The notes beneath the pieces are model-generated. The model was not told where the DNA came from and made no database searches. It saw only the letters and a list, made by a program, of their open reading frames with translations. Below are positions 25,489 through 39,190 of a DNA stretch of 64,000 bases, piece by piece; within the stretch, counting starts at the first letter, position 1; every line of letters starts with the position of its first letter. Origin of the DNA: Bigelowiella natans CCMP2755 (lineage: Eukaryota > Protista > Cercozoa); the NCBI GenBank assembly GCA_000320545.1, contig ADNK01001326.1, positions 68,392 through 132,391 of the forward strand, written 5' to 3'. Both the position numbers and the translations under genes were made by a program.

Positions 25489-28253
25489 CAGTGCATACTG
25501 ATATAGTAGTGCACATACTATCACCTATTAGGAGGGAGGAGTGAGGACCAGCCAGCAAGACAGCAGCAGCAGCAGCATTATTATGTGGGACCACTTACTC
25601 ACGTTCATTCGAGATGTCTATGGTCCTCTGCAAGTTGCCAATGCAATAAATAACCACAATACCACGCAGAGGTAGTAGTAGTAGTAGTAGTAGTAGTAGT
25701 AAGTAGTAGTATTGCGTAGTTTGGAGATAGCAGCTAATAGCAAGTACTGCTGCATGCATATCTCAATCAAAGATACTAATATGAGCTCAAGATCAACAAC
25801 AACAAGAAGAAAAAACAAGAAGAATGACAAGAAGAAGAAAGGGGTTAGGGGTTACTATGATGGGTGGAATCATCGACACACACAGTAGTTTCAGTACATC
25901 ATCTTTGCGGCGGTGGCAGCATCTTGTGCATTGGTGTTCTCCTCCTCCCCCTCCTTTTAATCCTCTTACCCCATCTCCAAAGTATGAATAATAAACACTG
26001 CCCTAATAATAATAATAATATCTACTGCTGGTTCACCTGTTTCTTACACATCAAACGAGGGATTGTACACCACCCACCACTATTATTACTTACTTACTCA
26101 CTCACCTACTACTTTGCGATCAAAGGACGGTGCAGGAAATGCACATGGCCTTAGCTCATTCACAGATAGCAGTGGACAAGGTAGTAAGTAGTAGTAGTTA
26201 TTGTTCTAGATGTTTCATCTTTTCATGGAAGACCATCATCATAAGAATATTGAATGCCTCCTCCTCCTCTACCACCACCACCACAAGGTGCAAGAAACTA
26301 TATCAAGGCAAAATCAAGAATTGCTTTGCTCTAAGGTGGTGGTGGTAGTGGTAGTGGTGTAATCTTCTGCTACGGTGCTTGTGTAGAACAACAACAACAA
26401 CAAAAACAAGAAAGAGAAGAAGAAGAAAAATGGTAGTAGAGTGGTGGCTTGGGGAGGTGATGGTGGTGATGGTAGTGATATCGACTTGATTAGTATTATT
26501 TATTACGCTATTTTTCCATTGATTCATTCATTCAATTGTTTTGTTATATATGCTGCTGCTGCTGCTACCTTGATCTACCACCACCACCGCCACTACCATT
26601 GCAAGGCTCGTATAGACGAAATGGAAGCCAAGTGGTAGTAGTCGTAGTCGTAATTGTAGTTGGAAGTAATAGATCGAAAAAGACAATTACAATTTAGATT
26701 CATAAAATAATTAGTTGTAGTAGTAATAGTAGTAGTAGTAGTAGCAGTCACATACGCTGTTTGCTTTAGCTTTCTTCGTTTGCCTAATTATCTTAATGAT
26801 GAGTAGCATGGGTTGATTGATTATGATGATGATTACTATTGCTTCTCCTCCTCCTCCTCTCCCCATTCTGTGAAACATCAAAAACAACAACAACAATAAA
26901 GGTCGGAGTCTCTTCTAACAGAAGCACGCTTAAAGGCTGATCTGCTTGCATACAATACCAAGCTCGTAGTCAACGAAAGGCAAAGGTAGGCAAGATTCAA
27001 TTACTCCTATAATGATAATAACAAAATAATAATAATAAAAGAAGAAGAAGAAGGAGGAGGAGGAGGAGGAGGAGGAGGAGGAGGCACCAATTGTGTTGTT
27101 GTTCCTCGTTTTTTCCTTCTTTCTTTCTGGAAGAATAGGAATATAACATACCATACCTATAGCTTCTTGTTTTCTACCTATCTCTTAACTCTACGACTGT
27201 CACGAGATGGTCATCATGTTGAGTGTGTGTGTGTGTGTGTGTGAACCTTGCTTTACCCATAGTATGAAAAGGAAGGAGACAGTGTTGTTATTGTGGTGGT
27301 TATTATCGAGAAATAAGTAGTATATCTGACCTTATTCATATCAATTCATATTGTGTGTGCTGCCTTGTTAGAAATGACACATCTCAGAAATTACAGGGAC
27401 TTACGGAACAAAATATCAAGTATTTCGAACAATATATATATTATATATATATTCTTATATCATGATGATGATGATGATGATGACAACTATATTGCTGGCG
27501 GAAGGTATGGAGGGAATACAGCACGATGACTACTACTACTACTGATACTACTACTGATACTCCAACTACTTACTAATAAGGCTTAAGCAGGCAGTCGATC
27601 TCCTCAGAATACAAAATAAGATGGTACTACTACTAGTTGTTGTAGTTGTAGTAGTAGTAGTAGTAGTAGTAGTAGTCGTCTTTGTAAAATGAAGTCACTA
27701 GTAGCTACAAGTGTTGGTGCTTAGTGTTTCGCCATCATCCTCTCACACCATCATTTCCAATTGTATGATGATGATGCTGATGAATGATGCTGCTGCTGAT
27801 GATGATAGTTCCTACGAGTAGTCATCTCAAATTGCCTTCTTCCAAGCACTATTTCATTATCATCATCATCATCATCATCATCATCATCGTAGTCGTCGTT
27901 ATAATAAAAGACAGTATTGATGACAATATTGCGTCGCTGTACTACTCCCCATCATTTAAAGTATGTGTATCATCTGTGAATCATCGGTGAATGACGTCAT
28001 CCTGGTGTGCATCATCATCATCATCATCTTCTTCTTCTTCTTCTTCAGTTAGAGCAAGGAAAGACAGAGATTGAAGCAGAGATGAGGAAATCATGGCAAA
28101 ATCTTACTAAATCTTGCCAAAAGGTAGTATGAAGAAGTAAGTAGTTAGCAGTAGCAAGTGGTAGTATCGATTCTCCACCTATTATTTATTATACTTGGTC
28201 ATCACATAATGATGATGATGAAGATGAGGAGGAGGAGGAGGAGGAGGAGCTAG

Positions 28254-28291
<38 letters not shown>

Positions 28292-28293
28292 AC

Positions 28294-28336
<43 letters not shown>

Positions 28337-28425
28337 TGCTGTGCGTCCTACATTATTATAGATTCAGCGTTTGGAGCAGAAATTAAGTTCTGAGAGAGTA
28401 GGAGTTGCAATGGAACGAGCTATGG

Positions 28426-28471
<46 letters not shown>

Positions 28472-28684
28472 AGTGTGTGTGTCTGTGTGTCTGTGTGCGT
28501 GCGTGTGTATTATTTATGTCTGTGTGTTGGGTTATTTGACTTGATAAGGAAAATGATCTCAGTCTTAATTAAAATACTCGTCCTCATCATCAAATATGGC
28601 TGCGTGTGTGTGTGTTTGTTTTGTTGATGGTTTTGCACAGGTCTCAGAGAATGCAACGAAGGTGCACTACCACCCTTATAACCC

Positions 28685-28727
<43 letters not shown>

Positions 28728-28857
28728 AGAACACCGCTATAACCTACAAAAGCTGTAATAGGCAGCTGCTTGCTCTACTGCAATTATTCTTTTTGAATTT
28801 ATTGATACCGACCTACTGATCGATAGTACAGCAGCAGCAGCAGTATCGTTTGATATC

Positions 28858-28891
<34 letters not shown>

Positions 28892-29365
28892 TATTTTATT
28901 TATTATGATTATTATCAACATTAGTCAATGTTTTTGGCTGTACAACGATTGGTATGCGAACGCGAGGCACTACAATCTGGGATAACAAATCTTTCTTCGA
29001 TAATTATGGCTACCACTGCTACTCCTACTACTACCACTGCTACTGCTACTGCTAATACTCCAAAGACAACGGCAACAACTAAAGAACAATTTCTCCGCCA
29101 ACACAAGCTGCCGCTCTCTGCCACCACCCCTCTTGCTGGTTCATCATCTCCTCCTCCTCCTCCTCCTCCTCCTCCAATGGGGACCAGTAGCATTGAGGTG
29201 ACAGAATCTATTATGAAGAAGGTGGATAGTAGTAAGAAGAAGAAGGGGAAAGAGGAGGACCGCCTCGAGCTCCTCAGCGAAACTACTGATATGAAGAAGC
29301 TTCAAACGGTGAAGAAAGAGGCCAAGAAGAGGAGTACACAACCACTAGCACCACCACCAGCAGTG

Positions 29366-29397
<32 letters not shown>

Positions 29398-29700
29398 GGT
29401 GGTAGGAGGAGGAGGAGGAGGAGGGGGAGATGGGGTTAGAGCAGTCAATTTGAACAAGAAAAACAATCGTATTGGAAGATGATGATGACGTTGGGCTTGT
29501 TATTGTCGGAATTTCTCTCATTATTTTTTGCTATCACAATGATGCTCAGGGAGGAGGAGAAACAACGAAGAAAACGAATAAGAAAGAAGAAATAGGTGTC
29601 CTCCTCCCTGCCAAAGATCATCAACCTCCTTTCTTGGCGGGAAAATCAACAACAACAACAACGCCAACAGCGCCAACAACGCCTATCTCATCGAAGCCCT

Positions 29701-29737
<37 letters not shown>

Positions 29738-30524
29738 GGCATTTTCATCATCGTCGTCACCATCATCATTCTTGCCTAAGATACTTCTTTCAGGGGTAAT
29801 AAGTAGTTAGCAGGAGGAGGAGGAGAAGTAGCAGTAGTAGTAGTAGAAGCAGTAGTAGTAGTAGTAAGAGGAGGAGGAGAATGTGGAGGGTAGTGCTTGT
29901 TGTTGTATGTGGTATATTATTATTAAAGTACTATCCATTCGTATGTTGTCGATGCTGCTTTGCTTTGTTGTTCTCTCTGTATTTAGGCATTTGGGTCTAG
30001 GACGAACCCATTTCAATCCCTTGCAGCAGAAGCAGCAGCAGCATCACACCCACCACCAACACAAAATAACTATTACAACCCCTTCCACCTCTTCAATGAG
30101 AGTGGGGGTGGTGGTGATGGAAAAAGTGCTACGATTGCAGCAGTAGCAGCAGCAGCAGCAAAGAAAGAGGAGGAGGAGAGGAGGAAGAAGAAAAAAAACA
30201 GTTGAGAATACTATTCTTCGTATAGTTCTTGGAATTTGATTACGATTATGATCACGATGATGATGATGATGATGATGCAAATCTTCCATCTGGTGTGCCA
30301 TAATGCTGCTTGCTGCTGCTGCTGCTGCTCATCTGGTAGCTGTTATCAATATATTTTTCTTTGCCTCTCTCTATCCCCCATCCCCTCCTCAGCATCATCA
30401 TCATCATCATCATCATCATCTATTCCGTCCGTTGTGGAGCAGCAAAGTAGCAGGGATGGGGTATGTTAATACGATGCAATAATGAAAATCACGTCAGTAC
30501 AAACTGGTGTTAATAACCTCATTC

Positions 30525-30556
<32 letters not shown>

Positions 30557-30581
30557 ATTGTTGTTATTGTTGTTATCACAA

Positions 30582-30612
<31 letters not shown>

Positions 30613-30973
30613 GATACAAAAATAGAATCTCTTGCTGCTGCTGCTACTGCTGCTGCCGCTGCTGGTGGTGAGAGAAATTTATAACCAATTATGATGATGA
30701 TGATGATGATGATGGTGATGGGGTGATGGGGATGGTGGTGAGGCCTCCCCTTCTGCCTTTAACCACCTCCTCCTACTCCTCCTCATCCCCCTCATTTGTG
30801 TGTGTATGTTCTGCTCGTACTTGTACATGGATGGTGGTGGGGTAGTGGTTGTGCTTTCTTTTCCCTCTCTCTCTCTCTCTCCCTCTCTGTATGTGTCTCT
30901 CTGTCTCTCTATCTGTCTGTCTCTATCTCTGTTTACTCCTGCCTCTCCGTCCGCCTCTCTTTCTTCCTAATCC

Positions 30974-31024
<51 letters not shown>

Positions 31025-31502
31025 ATGTGTGTGAATGAATGATAGGTGACGATAACTCCAGTTTTCTCAACAAGAAAACCACCTCCTCCTCCTCCTTCCG
31101 CCTCCTCCAAGTACAGCAGTAGCTGGTAAAGTATAATCATGATCATCATCATCATCATCATGATTCAAGTACAAAATAAAGGGTTAAACATGGTAAAATA
31201 CATGCTTTCGATGGAACTTTGAGTTCATTGCTACTTAATCTACTTCTTATTTTTGCTATTAATTTTGAGTACCCGTCGCTACTTATCATTATCATTATCA
31301 TCATTATTATTGTTCTTCTTCTTCTTATTATTCTTATGATTTTTATATAATCGACATACTGTAGGTCGCCTTCTATCTCCTCCTCCTCCTCTACAAGGAA
31401 GATGGTGATGACGACGAACCAACACCCAACTACTACTACTACTACTTCTAAGACCCCATCCCACGTTCCAAAGATCATATCGGTTTCAGCTCAAGGTAAA
31501 CA

Positions 31503-31548
<46 letters not shown>

Positions 31549-31565
31549 AAGAGAGGAAGAGTGGA

Positions 31566-31608
<43 letters not shown>

Positions 31609-31885
31609 TGGAAGAGGAGTGAAAGAGAGAAGTATATTATGTTCCTGGAAGAAAACTACAATTGCACAACACACAATATTACACATACAGCAGGGGCTGT
31701 AATAGGAAAAGGCACACGAGTTGCAATACGAGGCTTGGTTGATAAATAAATACATAAATAAATAACAACACTTAAAACAACAACAACAACAACAACAACA
31801 ATGATGATGATGATGATGATGATGATGACGATGTATCATAAACAAAGAGCAGCAGCATCAGCAAGCAATAATAATGATAATAATG

Positions 31886-31918
<33 letters not shown>

Positions 31919-32560
31919 CGTACATCTTCTCTTTAACCCCCTTTCACCATTATTGAGGGTGGGATTAGGATGAGGTTAACTTAGAACAAATACACGAAGA
32001 AATGAGGATAATGATGATGCATATTTTATGATGTGCTATAATTTGAGAGGAGGCCAATTTCTGCTTTTATTAGCAATTAAAATGGTTGTCGATGATGATG
32101 TATGATTGTTGTTAAACATGGTATACCCATAACCATCCTCCTCCTCCTCCTCCTCCTCCTCCTAGATTAAATCTTGGCAGTACAATGGAATGCACGCAAC
32201 AGTCACAGGAAATTTGGATGATGGAAGGTATTGGTTATTCATAATGCATCTATTTAACGATTATTTATTCCAACACTTCCTCGTCATTGTCATCGTTGTG
32301 TGCTCGTGTACATCGCTCAACTAACAATCCATCCTCATCACCATCCTCATCAGCAGCAGCATCAGCACACCGACTACTATGATCAGGTTTCCATTGCGAG
32401 TTGACGGGTTGTCTCGCATCCTCCTAGTGAAAAAGGAGAATGTAGCGGCTCTTCTCTCAGAAGATGTACCACTCAATGCGGCCACAGCTTCTAAGAATAA
32501 TAAGTTGAAGAAGAAGCAGCAGAGAGCGCATGACATCGTCAGTAAACAGGCTACCAATGA

Positions 32561-32593
<33 letters not shown>

Positions 32594-33158
32594 CATGACG
32601 ACCAATACTTCAAATACTACGAATGATTATGATGTTACTGCAAGTACTACTACTACTCTCAATCTTACTTCATCGGCCGGCAGCAGTAGTACAGCTGCAC
32701 CATCATCATCATCATCATCGATGTCTCCTGCATCTAATGCAACTCACAAGGCTGCTTTGACCCATGCTCCAAATCAAGATAATGCCGTCACCAACGATAC
32801 GAATACGTCCTTTATGCCTTTGAATCCCTCGCAGCAGTACAAGGTGCTTTCCTCCCATGCGAAGATAAATAGTGCACCCTTGCACTATTCAGCTGCTGCA
32901 GTCTCCCCTCCTTCTGCCAGGGAGGAGACACCTTCAACCAAAAATGACGTAGATAAAGGAAATGACGATCATACCGATAAGGAAAAGGAGGAAGCTGCAC
33001 CTGAGGATGATGGCCAACATATGTCAAACAGCGAGGAGGGAAAAGAAGAAGAAGAAGAAGAAGAAAAGAAAGATCACCAGGACAATAGTAGGAGAAAAGC
33101 TGGAGGAATAGCCTACAACAGCACCAGCAACAGCCTGAAAAGAGTTTCTGAAGGTGTA

Positions 33159-33195
<37 letters not shown>

Positions 33196-33415
33196 GGCGT
33201 ATCAGCTGAGGAGGGGGAAATAGATGGAGAGTAGTCTTCGTAGATAAAAGTTTGTGCAAGACTTCGATCGGTCAAAATATTCTGTTGTGAGTGTTTGTTG
33301 TAATTTTCTCATCGTCAGTAAAAGAACTGGCGAAGATGACCGTAGCGCAAATAAAGACTTGGCTACAGAACAACGCAGGCGTGCCTTCTGAACAGTAAGA
33401 ATGACATTTAATTGT

Positions 33416-33452
<37 letters not shown>

Positions 33453-33694
33453 ATGGTGTGTAAAGAAGAATAATGACAGTTACCAGGCATCATGGATTGT
33501 CGTGTATACAGTATATGTTCCAATTTTGCTAATAATGATAATAATGATCTTCATACAAACGATTCCAACTCATATTTGTCCAACCCGATTTTTTAAACTC
33601 ATGTAGGCTGAGAAGTGTAAAGAAAAAGAAGGAATGGGTTGCAATGATGCGAAAGCGTTTGAAGGTCCAACCTTCTGATCATATGGACACTTGA
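18868..33694 (+). CDS. Very large multi-exon gene (probably >35 exons; could be two genes): signal-peptide-like N-terminus, long helical region, C-terminal SH3-like module and SAP-like motif
   Basis: N-terminus MMAKL...RRIAALLGIIILVAHSG followed by an Arg/Ser/Gly-rich stretch. Many exon-like segments with GT/AG ends lie between SSR tracts (e.g. SLMEEGLRIIRAY, IMWDHLLTFIRDVYGP, SESLLTEARLKADLLAY). Spliced GTRVAIRGL|IKSWQYNGMHATVTGNLDDGR|FPLRVDGLSRILLVKKENV. Terminal KELAKMTVAQIKTWLQNNAGVPSEQ|LRSVKKKKEWVAMMRKRL...T*. Confidence 0.55.
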
Positions 33695-35134
33695 TCAAAT
33701 TGATAAACGTGTGATTCAACGCATTTCAAGATGAATGACTTGTTATTTGTATGTAAAACCACAAGTATTTACGATAACCCATGTGTGCCGCCATGCTAGC
33801 ATGGAATCGAACGATGCTGTCGTCAAACCCCATGGATAAATGTGCTGGCTCATCTAGTCATGCTAGCATGCGTCGTGGCTGCGATGACGCTGCCATGGAA
33901 GCTGTGTTGCATTGTCTAGACTGTCGTACATCGCTAGATTGATCGCATGGCCACTTTCTATTTAGACTTGCTTGCTTGTCAAGTGTGAGTTGCTGCGAGG
34001 CATTGTCGCTGCATGTCCGAACATGTGAATGTAGTAATGGTATGTCTAACTGCGTCAAATGCTGCAAAATCGTGCAGAACTACGTCGCATGTACTAGTGC
34101 AACTGAAAACTGGTAGATGAAGCGACGATGCGCGAATGGTTAATTGCACGCAACATGATGAACTAGATGTTTGCTACGTGCGTATGCGCTGCACCGTCAC
34201 ATCTGGACCACTAGACCACTTTTATGTGGACATATGTGTCCCTATACGTGTACGCGTAAGGAACACATGTACCCATGCACACCACATGTACTAAAGCGTT
34301 GTCATGTAGTTAAGCCATTGCTATTACAAGCAACACATGGTACACATGGATGCATGTATGTACATGTGAGCGCTATCATCTGGCACATGTGTAGCTATGG
34401 GTACATGTGAAGTACGCGATGTACACATTGCATGTCGTAGACGGCTAATAATAGACACAGCAATACACTATAGACACAGCAATACACTATATATATTATA
34501 TATATTGTGTATTGCATGTCTATCATGCTACACGTATGTGGACATATGCGTTCCTATACTTTTTAGCACTCGATCCATCATGCATTGCACATCTAGCTAC
34601 GTACGTACAACACATTCTCATGCTTACTATTTATGCACACACAACACACAACAAAGCTAAGAGCTCATGTGTTAACAATCTAGCAATGCACATTGTTGAT
34701 GTACATTCGAAATGAATGGATTTGTGTGTACACAAAGACAACACTCGAGACAGACTGAGGAATCTCTCGTAAAACTCGCTCGAGGATACTCATTATAGAC
34801 AAGGAATACCACATCTAGCATATGCATATGGGATTCCTGTGTCTATTACTTGCAAGATTATTTTCATGTCGCTGCACGCTAGCTAGCTAGCACGACAATG
34901 CTGTGATCGCAACCACCCATAGCAGGTAGCTAGCATTCATGAGGAGCGACGAGGGCTAGAAGGTACGCATGGCTCGATCATTGCTATGCAATTTTTCGGC
35001 ATACAACGGACGTCTAGACGTGCATGTATGCGATGCGATGGGATAGCAAATGTAATGGCGAATATTCATCTACAACGCAACGCAGCTATGTGTATATGCA
35101 AGGCAGGTGTTTATTAGTCCCGTTATAGTTAGTG

Positions 35135-36214
35135 TCAATGCAAAAGGTTCATCCGTTCCTGTTTCGCAGCTCTTTGATGGAACAACGTCCTGTCCAAAAG
35201 AAAGCAGAAATTAGAGCCGAATCATATTCTTCAGTGGCATTTGGAAGACCTTGCTTTTATGTACGTCCTCAAAAATTGTGTGAGGTCCATCTCCTCATCG
35301 TTGAACTTTTGTACAATTTCTTCGGAAGATTCCTCCACCTTCGACACGGCTTCCGATAGTTGTGAACGAAGGGCGCCGATAGAGAAGTTCTAGCATAAGG
35401 GAGAACTTAAGAAGGTGTATCAACATCTTCAGTATGGATGTAAAGTCTCAAACCTTAAGTATTCTTTGCTGATCGTCGATGAGCTTGGTGACATTCGCTC
35501 TCTTTTCCTTCTCTATTGTGCGCAGCTCTTTGATTTCACGCTGTAAACCTTCTATCTCGGGTTTCATCTTCATATTGTCACCTTAATAATGTGGATGAAG
35601 CATGGTGAATAGCTGCGAACATTCTTTTATGCATCAAATTACTTGCTATTTTCTCCACTCCTTCGTAGAGTTGTTTCTTCTTATCGTCCCCTGACTTAAA
35701 GATCCCTGATGATTCGACTAAAGTTTCTATTTGAGCTTCTGAATCCACAAGATTCTGCAGCTCATCGGTACTGAATTGATTTAAAAAATGTGATTTCAGA
35801 TCATCTTGCTGTTGTAGGTTTGTACACCACCACCATTACTTGTTTCTATACTTACACAAATGCACTTACTTATATGCATCTAATATCTGAAATCGGAAAT
35901 CCGGCTTTGGAGGAGTGTAGGATGATGTTGCAGGTTGGGCGTGCTGTGTTTTGTTGAATGCCGTTGGTTGTGAACGAGGTTGGTGATGATGGAGAGTTGT
36001 TGGTTGGTGGTAGTTGGGGTTTTGAAATTGGGGGGTTGGACGGTGAAGTGGCTGTACAAAGCCATTGGTATTTGTATTATTGACATAGCTGGGTGCCGGA
36101 GTAGATGTGACTCTTGCAATCGGAAGCGGGGGGTTACGATGTAGATGGTTCTCAAGACTTCTAATTAGACCTACAAGACTGATGCCGACGTCGAAGATGT
36201 GTGTACATATCATT

Positions 36215-36251
<37 letters not shown>

Positions 36252-36726
36252 CTGCGCACACACGCCTGGAGAAATATACATAATACGTATGCGTACGGTA
36301 TGATTATTACCTTGAATTTGATTTCCACTCCTGAATCTCTCGCAAGCCAACAAGGCGCATGTTTGAGTTAAATAAACGATGGCGTATGTTTTCTTTCGAT
36401 GTGATGATTGGAGGTGTTTGTGGAAAGTCAGCGGATACTTGCCTAAAGTAACATCGGAGGTAAGACCTAATTTACAACTTGAAATATGAAAATTACAAGG
36501 TCATATTGTAAATGCCGGAAGTTGTAGTCATTGGAAGGTGAAAGGTAGAGCCATCTGCATCTGCCTTCGTGTTCGGAAAGTTTGTCTTCAACTCGTTTAT
36601 TTCTTTTGTCCTCCTAATTTCGAAGTACAAACGGTCATAGAAGCTACAACTAAATCGGATGTATCATCCTTACAATGAGATAGTTCGATTGCTTTGGTTC
36701 GAGCCCTTGGAGCGGCGAAGAAACAT
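35135..36726 (-). CDS. VPS37: ESCRT-I subunit VPS37 (VPS37A-like: UEV-like N-terminus, Pro/Gln linker, Mod(r) domain)
   Basis: In-phase exons: MFLRRSK...|RTKEINELK...|QVSADFPQTPPII...EWKSNS|ISLVGLIRSLENHLHRNPPLP. The C-terminal VEESSEEIVQKFNDEEMDLTQFLRTYIKAR|TLFHQRAAKQE matches the Mod(r) consensus. Confidence 0.8.
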
Positions 36727-36798
36727 CCTTCCTTCCTTTTTGTTTTTCCCTTCTGGGTGGAAGGTGCCTTATTAATCCTTGAATGCTGGATGATTCCT

Positions 36799-37060
36799 GA
36801 AATCTCCACAACATCTCTGAAAATCTCGGTCTAGTAGTGGAGAGATTTACGAGTTATCCTGGAGATTTTAGGGAATTTAGGTGATCTCTGATGATCTCGA
36901 AATCGTTCACCCCAGTCATATATTGTGGAATGAACTCTGACCGTTACAGCGGATAGGGAGGAACGATCGTAGAGGCATAACGCAACAGATTCAGCAACGA
37001 TTTAAAACCCATAGCAGTCTTAATCTCCAAATTTAGGACCTTTACAAAACTAAATCTCTG
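36799..37060. promoter_or_regulatory. Divergent promoter with about 9 copies of an (A/G/C)ATCTC / GAGATT motif
   Basis: Copies at ~36801, 36812, 36822, 36842 (rc), 36862 (rc), 36883, 36893, 37022 and 37053, between VPS37 ATG 36726 and CCDC153 ATG 37067. Confidence 0.45.
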
Positions 37061-37066
37061 TGCACC

Positions 37067-37923
37067 ATGGCTAAGAAAGCAAAAAAGGGGAAAAAAAAGG
37101 GAGACGAGGGCGGCGACTCTGCGGAGGAGAAATCGAAGCTCTTAGAGATGCAACTAGAATCTCTCAGACATAGATTGAGTAACTATTTATTCACACGCTT
37201 TCATATATCTTTGAATTTACGATTTAAATGCAATTGAATCTCCTTGACGAGACCTTTTTTTTTAATCACCAGTTATGCAAACAAACAAGTCCAGCGGCGC
37301 CGAAGCTTTCGTCAAAGACTTGCGTAAAAAATTCGGAGACTTGGCAAAAGACTTTGATGAACAAGAGGTTATCGACCAACTATTCTAAAACTTTAAATTA
37401 TTGAACTCACCGGTCCCTTTGTCACAGATCAATATGTTCAGCATTTCTGCAGAGATGACTCGTCATTACAAATCTATGCGAAAGAAGATGCAGGAAACAA
37501 TAATGGGGCTTCAGGAAAAAATTGGGGAAACGAATGACCAGCTAGGTATAGAATTTGTAACCTTCATTATGTTGTGACGGAAATTTTGAGCTTTGCTTGT
37601 GTACAGAGGCCGAAAAGAAACGCTGTCAGGAGGAACTTGACAAGAAGGACGCTGTAATTAAGCAAAAGGATGAGGAGATCGAGGAAATGAAGAGGAGGAT
37701 GAAGGATATGTCTTTAGAGTTTAAACTCATGCTTCAGGTAGTAATACGAGTTCTGCAACGCCTGCAACTATTCATTTTGGTATCAAAATCTTAGGAAACA
37801 TTGGCGGGAATGAATGAAAAGATTGAGATAACATCGAAGGGAATCGAGAAAACTAGAAATGCGATGTTAGATCAAGATAATTCTGCAATTCTTCAGCCAT
37901 TCATAACCGCGACAGTTACATAG
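37067..37923 (+). CDS. CCDC153: CCDC153 / dynein regulatory complex subunit DRC12-like; 5 exons
   Basis: MAKKAKKGKKKG...LEMQLESLRHRL|...DFDEQE|INMFSISAEMTRHYKSM...|...KDEEIEEMKRRMKDMSLEFKLMLQ|ETLAGMNEKI, all GT-AG joins in phase. Matches the recalled CCDC153 pattern ADMTRQYK...KMEDM..EF..ML.ETL. Confidence 0.8.
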
Positions 37924-38559
37924 ATACAGACGGGGGTTTCAGATGCAGGACGAAACTAAATGACAGCCTTAACAACGATGATGTGAATTGAACGTGAAAC
38001 TGGTCGTGCGAATTGTTAGGCCATGGTTACACACCATTTGTTGTGTGTGTGTGTGTGTGTGTAGCATGTACTTTGTTTGCAGTGCACTTGCATTGCGTCT
38101 GCTTGTGCCACACATGCGCCTGATGCCGTGATGAGTGTCGTACCGTGAAAATGAATGTCAATTGAAGCTTTTCCGTTGTTTGCGTCGCGTCGGTGAGCAG
38201 CGCAGACGACACCGACCACCGTCAACGTGCTGCACAAGCTAGCAGCCAGCTAGCCAGGGATGATGGTGCTGTGGCGCATGCGCGAATGCAGCTCACATTG
38301 CGGCGCCCAACGTGCACACACATGAACAATGATGACGAACGACGCGACACACCAAGCGAACTGCTTGAAACTAGCTGTGGGCACAACAATGACGTTCATT
38401 GCATGTGTGCTGTGTGCACGCATCGTGCACGTGTCTAGCAGGTATGGATCGGAGCGCGAGCAAAACTAGCAGAAACAAAGACATGCTAGCATGTGTCTCC
38501 CAACCAAATGTGCGCACGATGCAAACTGCGGCGTCCATTGCTAGGTTGTGTGTTGCATG

Positions 38560-39190
38560 CCTTGTTGCACCACGCTGGCATTTTTTGCCACACCGTCCCG
38601 GCTAGCCGGCGCTTGCAACGCACTGGACTCGTCGTGGATGCAGGCTGCCGTTCGCACGAACTGCACGTGTCCGCCATCACGTGGTTCCAGCGAGCGCATC
38701 GCAATCGGCAAAACAATGGGTGTGCACAGCCCCGTTTGCAAGTCCAGCAGCTGCGTGTTGATTGCGGCACGCGCGCGCGCAACAACGGGGTGATCTGGAG
38801 ATCAAGGCGCGCGGAAATGAGGGTTTTGCGGCCGAAAGAGTGTTTTCCTCGCGCGGAGCGCGAGAAATTTGCGGGTGGTTGCAGTGAAGTTTGCAAGTTT
38901 CCATTGCAGATTTCACTGAATTTCAGAAAAATGCTGTGTTTTGGCTTGGTGAAATGCAGAAATGGCGCAACGCGCCAAGAGAAGCCATTTCCGCAAGTCA
39001 GCTTCGGCCGGCGGCGCTCGGCAGGGCCGCAGGGCGCCTGCGATTGCTGTGTCCGCAAACCCGCCCCCCTTGCTAGCTTGAGCGCGCTCCAGGGCGCTCA
39101 ACGCACGGCATCAGCCGTGCAGTGTGGCTTGCCTAGTTGCTGCGGCCACGCCATGCCAGCATGGCACGCTTGCTGGGTTGATCGATGTCA
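38560..39190. other. GC-rich island of clustered inverted repeats (candidate structured ncRNA or element core)
   Basis: Hairpins at 38848-38864, 38882-38918, 38956-38994, 39029-39041, 39078-39101, 39103-39120 and 39150-39165; closing stem 38821-38831/39053-39062. Confidence 0.5.

Noticed and set aside
31158-31478. Minus-strand ORF suggesting a nested gene
   Set aside because: Overlaps + strand exons with good splice sites (e.g. CAAG|GTAAAC near 31495) and is mostly SSR-derived
31690-31730. GAVIGKG as a KH-domain loop
   Set aside because: Reads IGKGT rather than IGKGG, and the sequence continues into the SH3-like module
19870-33600. Many 60-150 aa ORFs of poly-Y/V/H/S/C and HT, IY or ER dipeptides
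   Set aside because: Translations of intronic microsatellites
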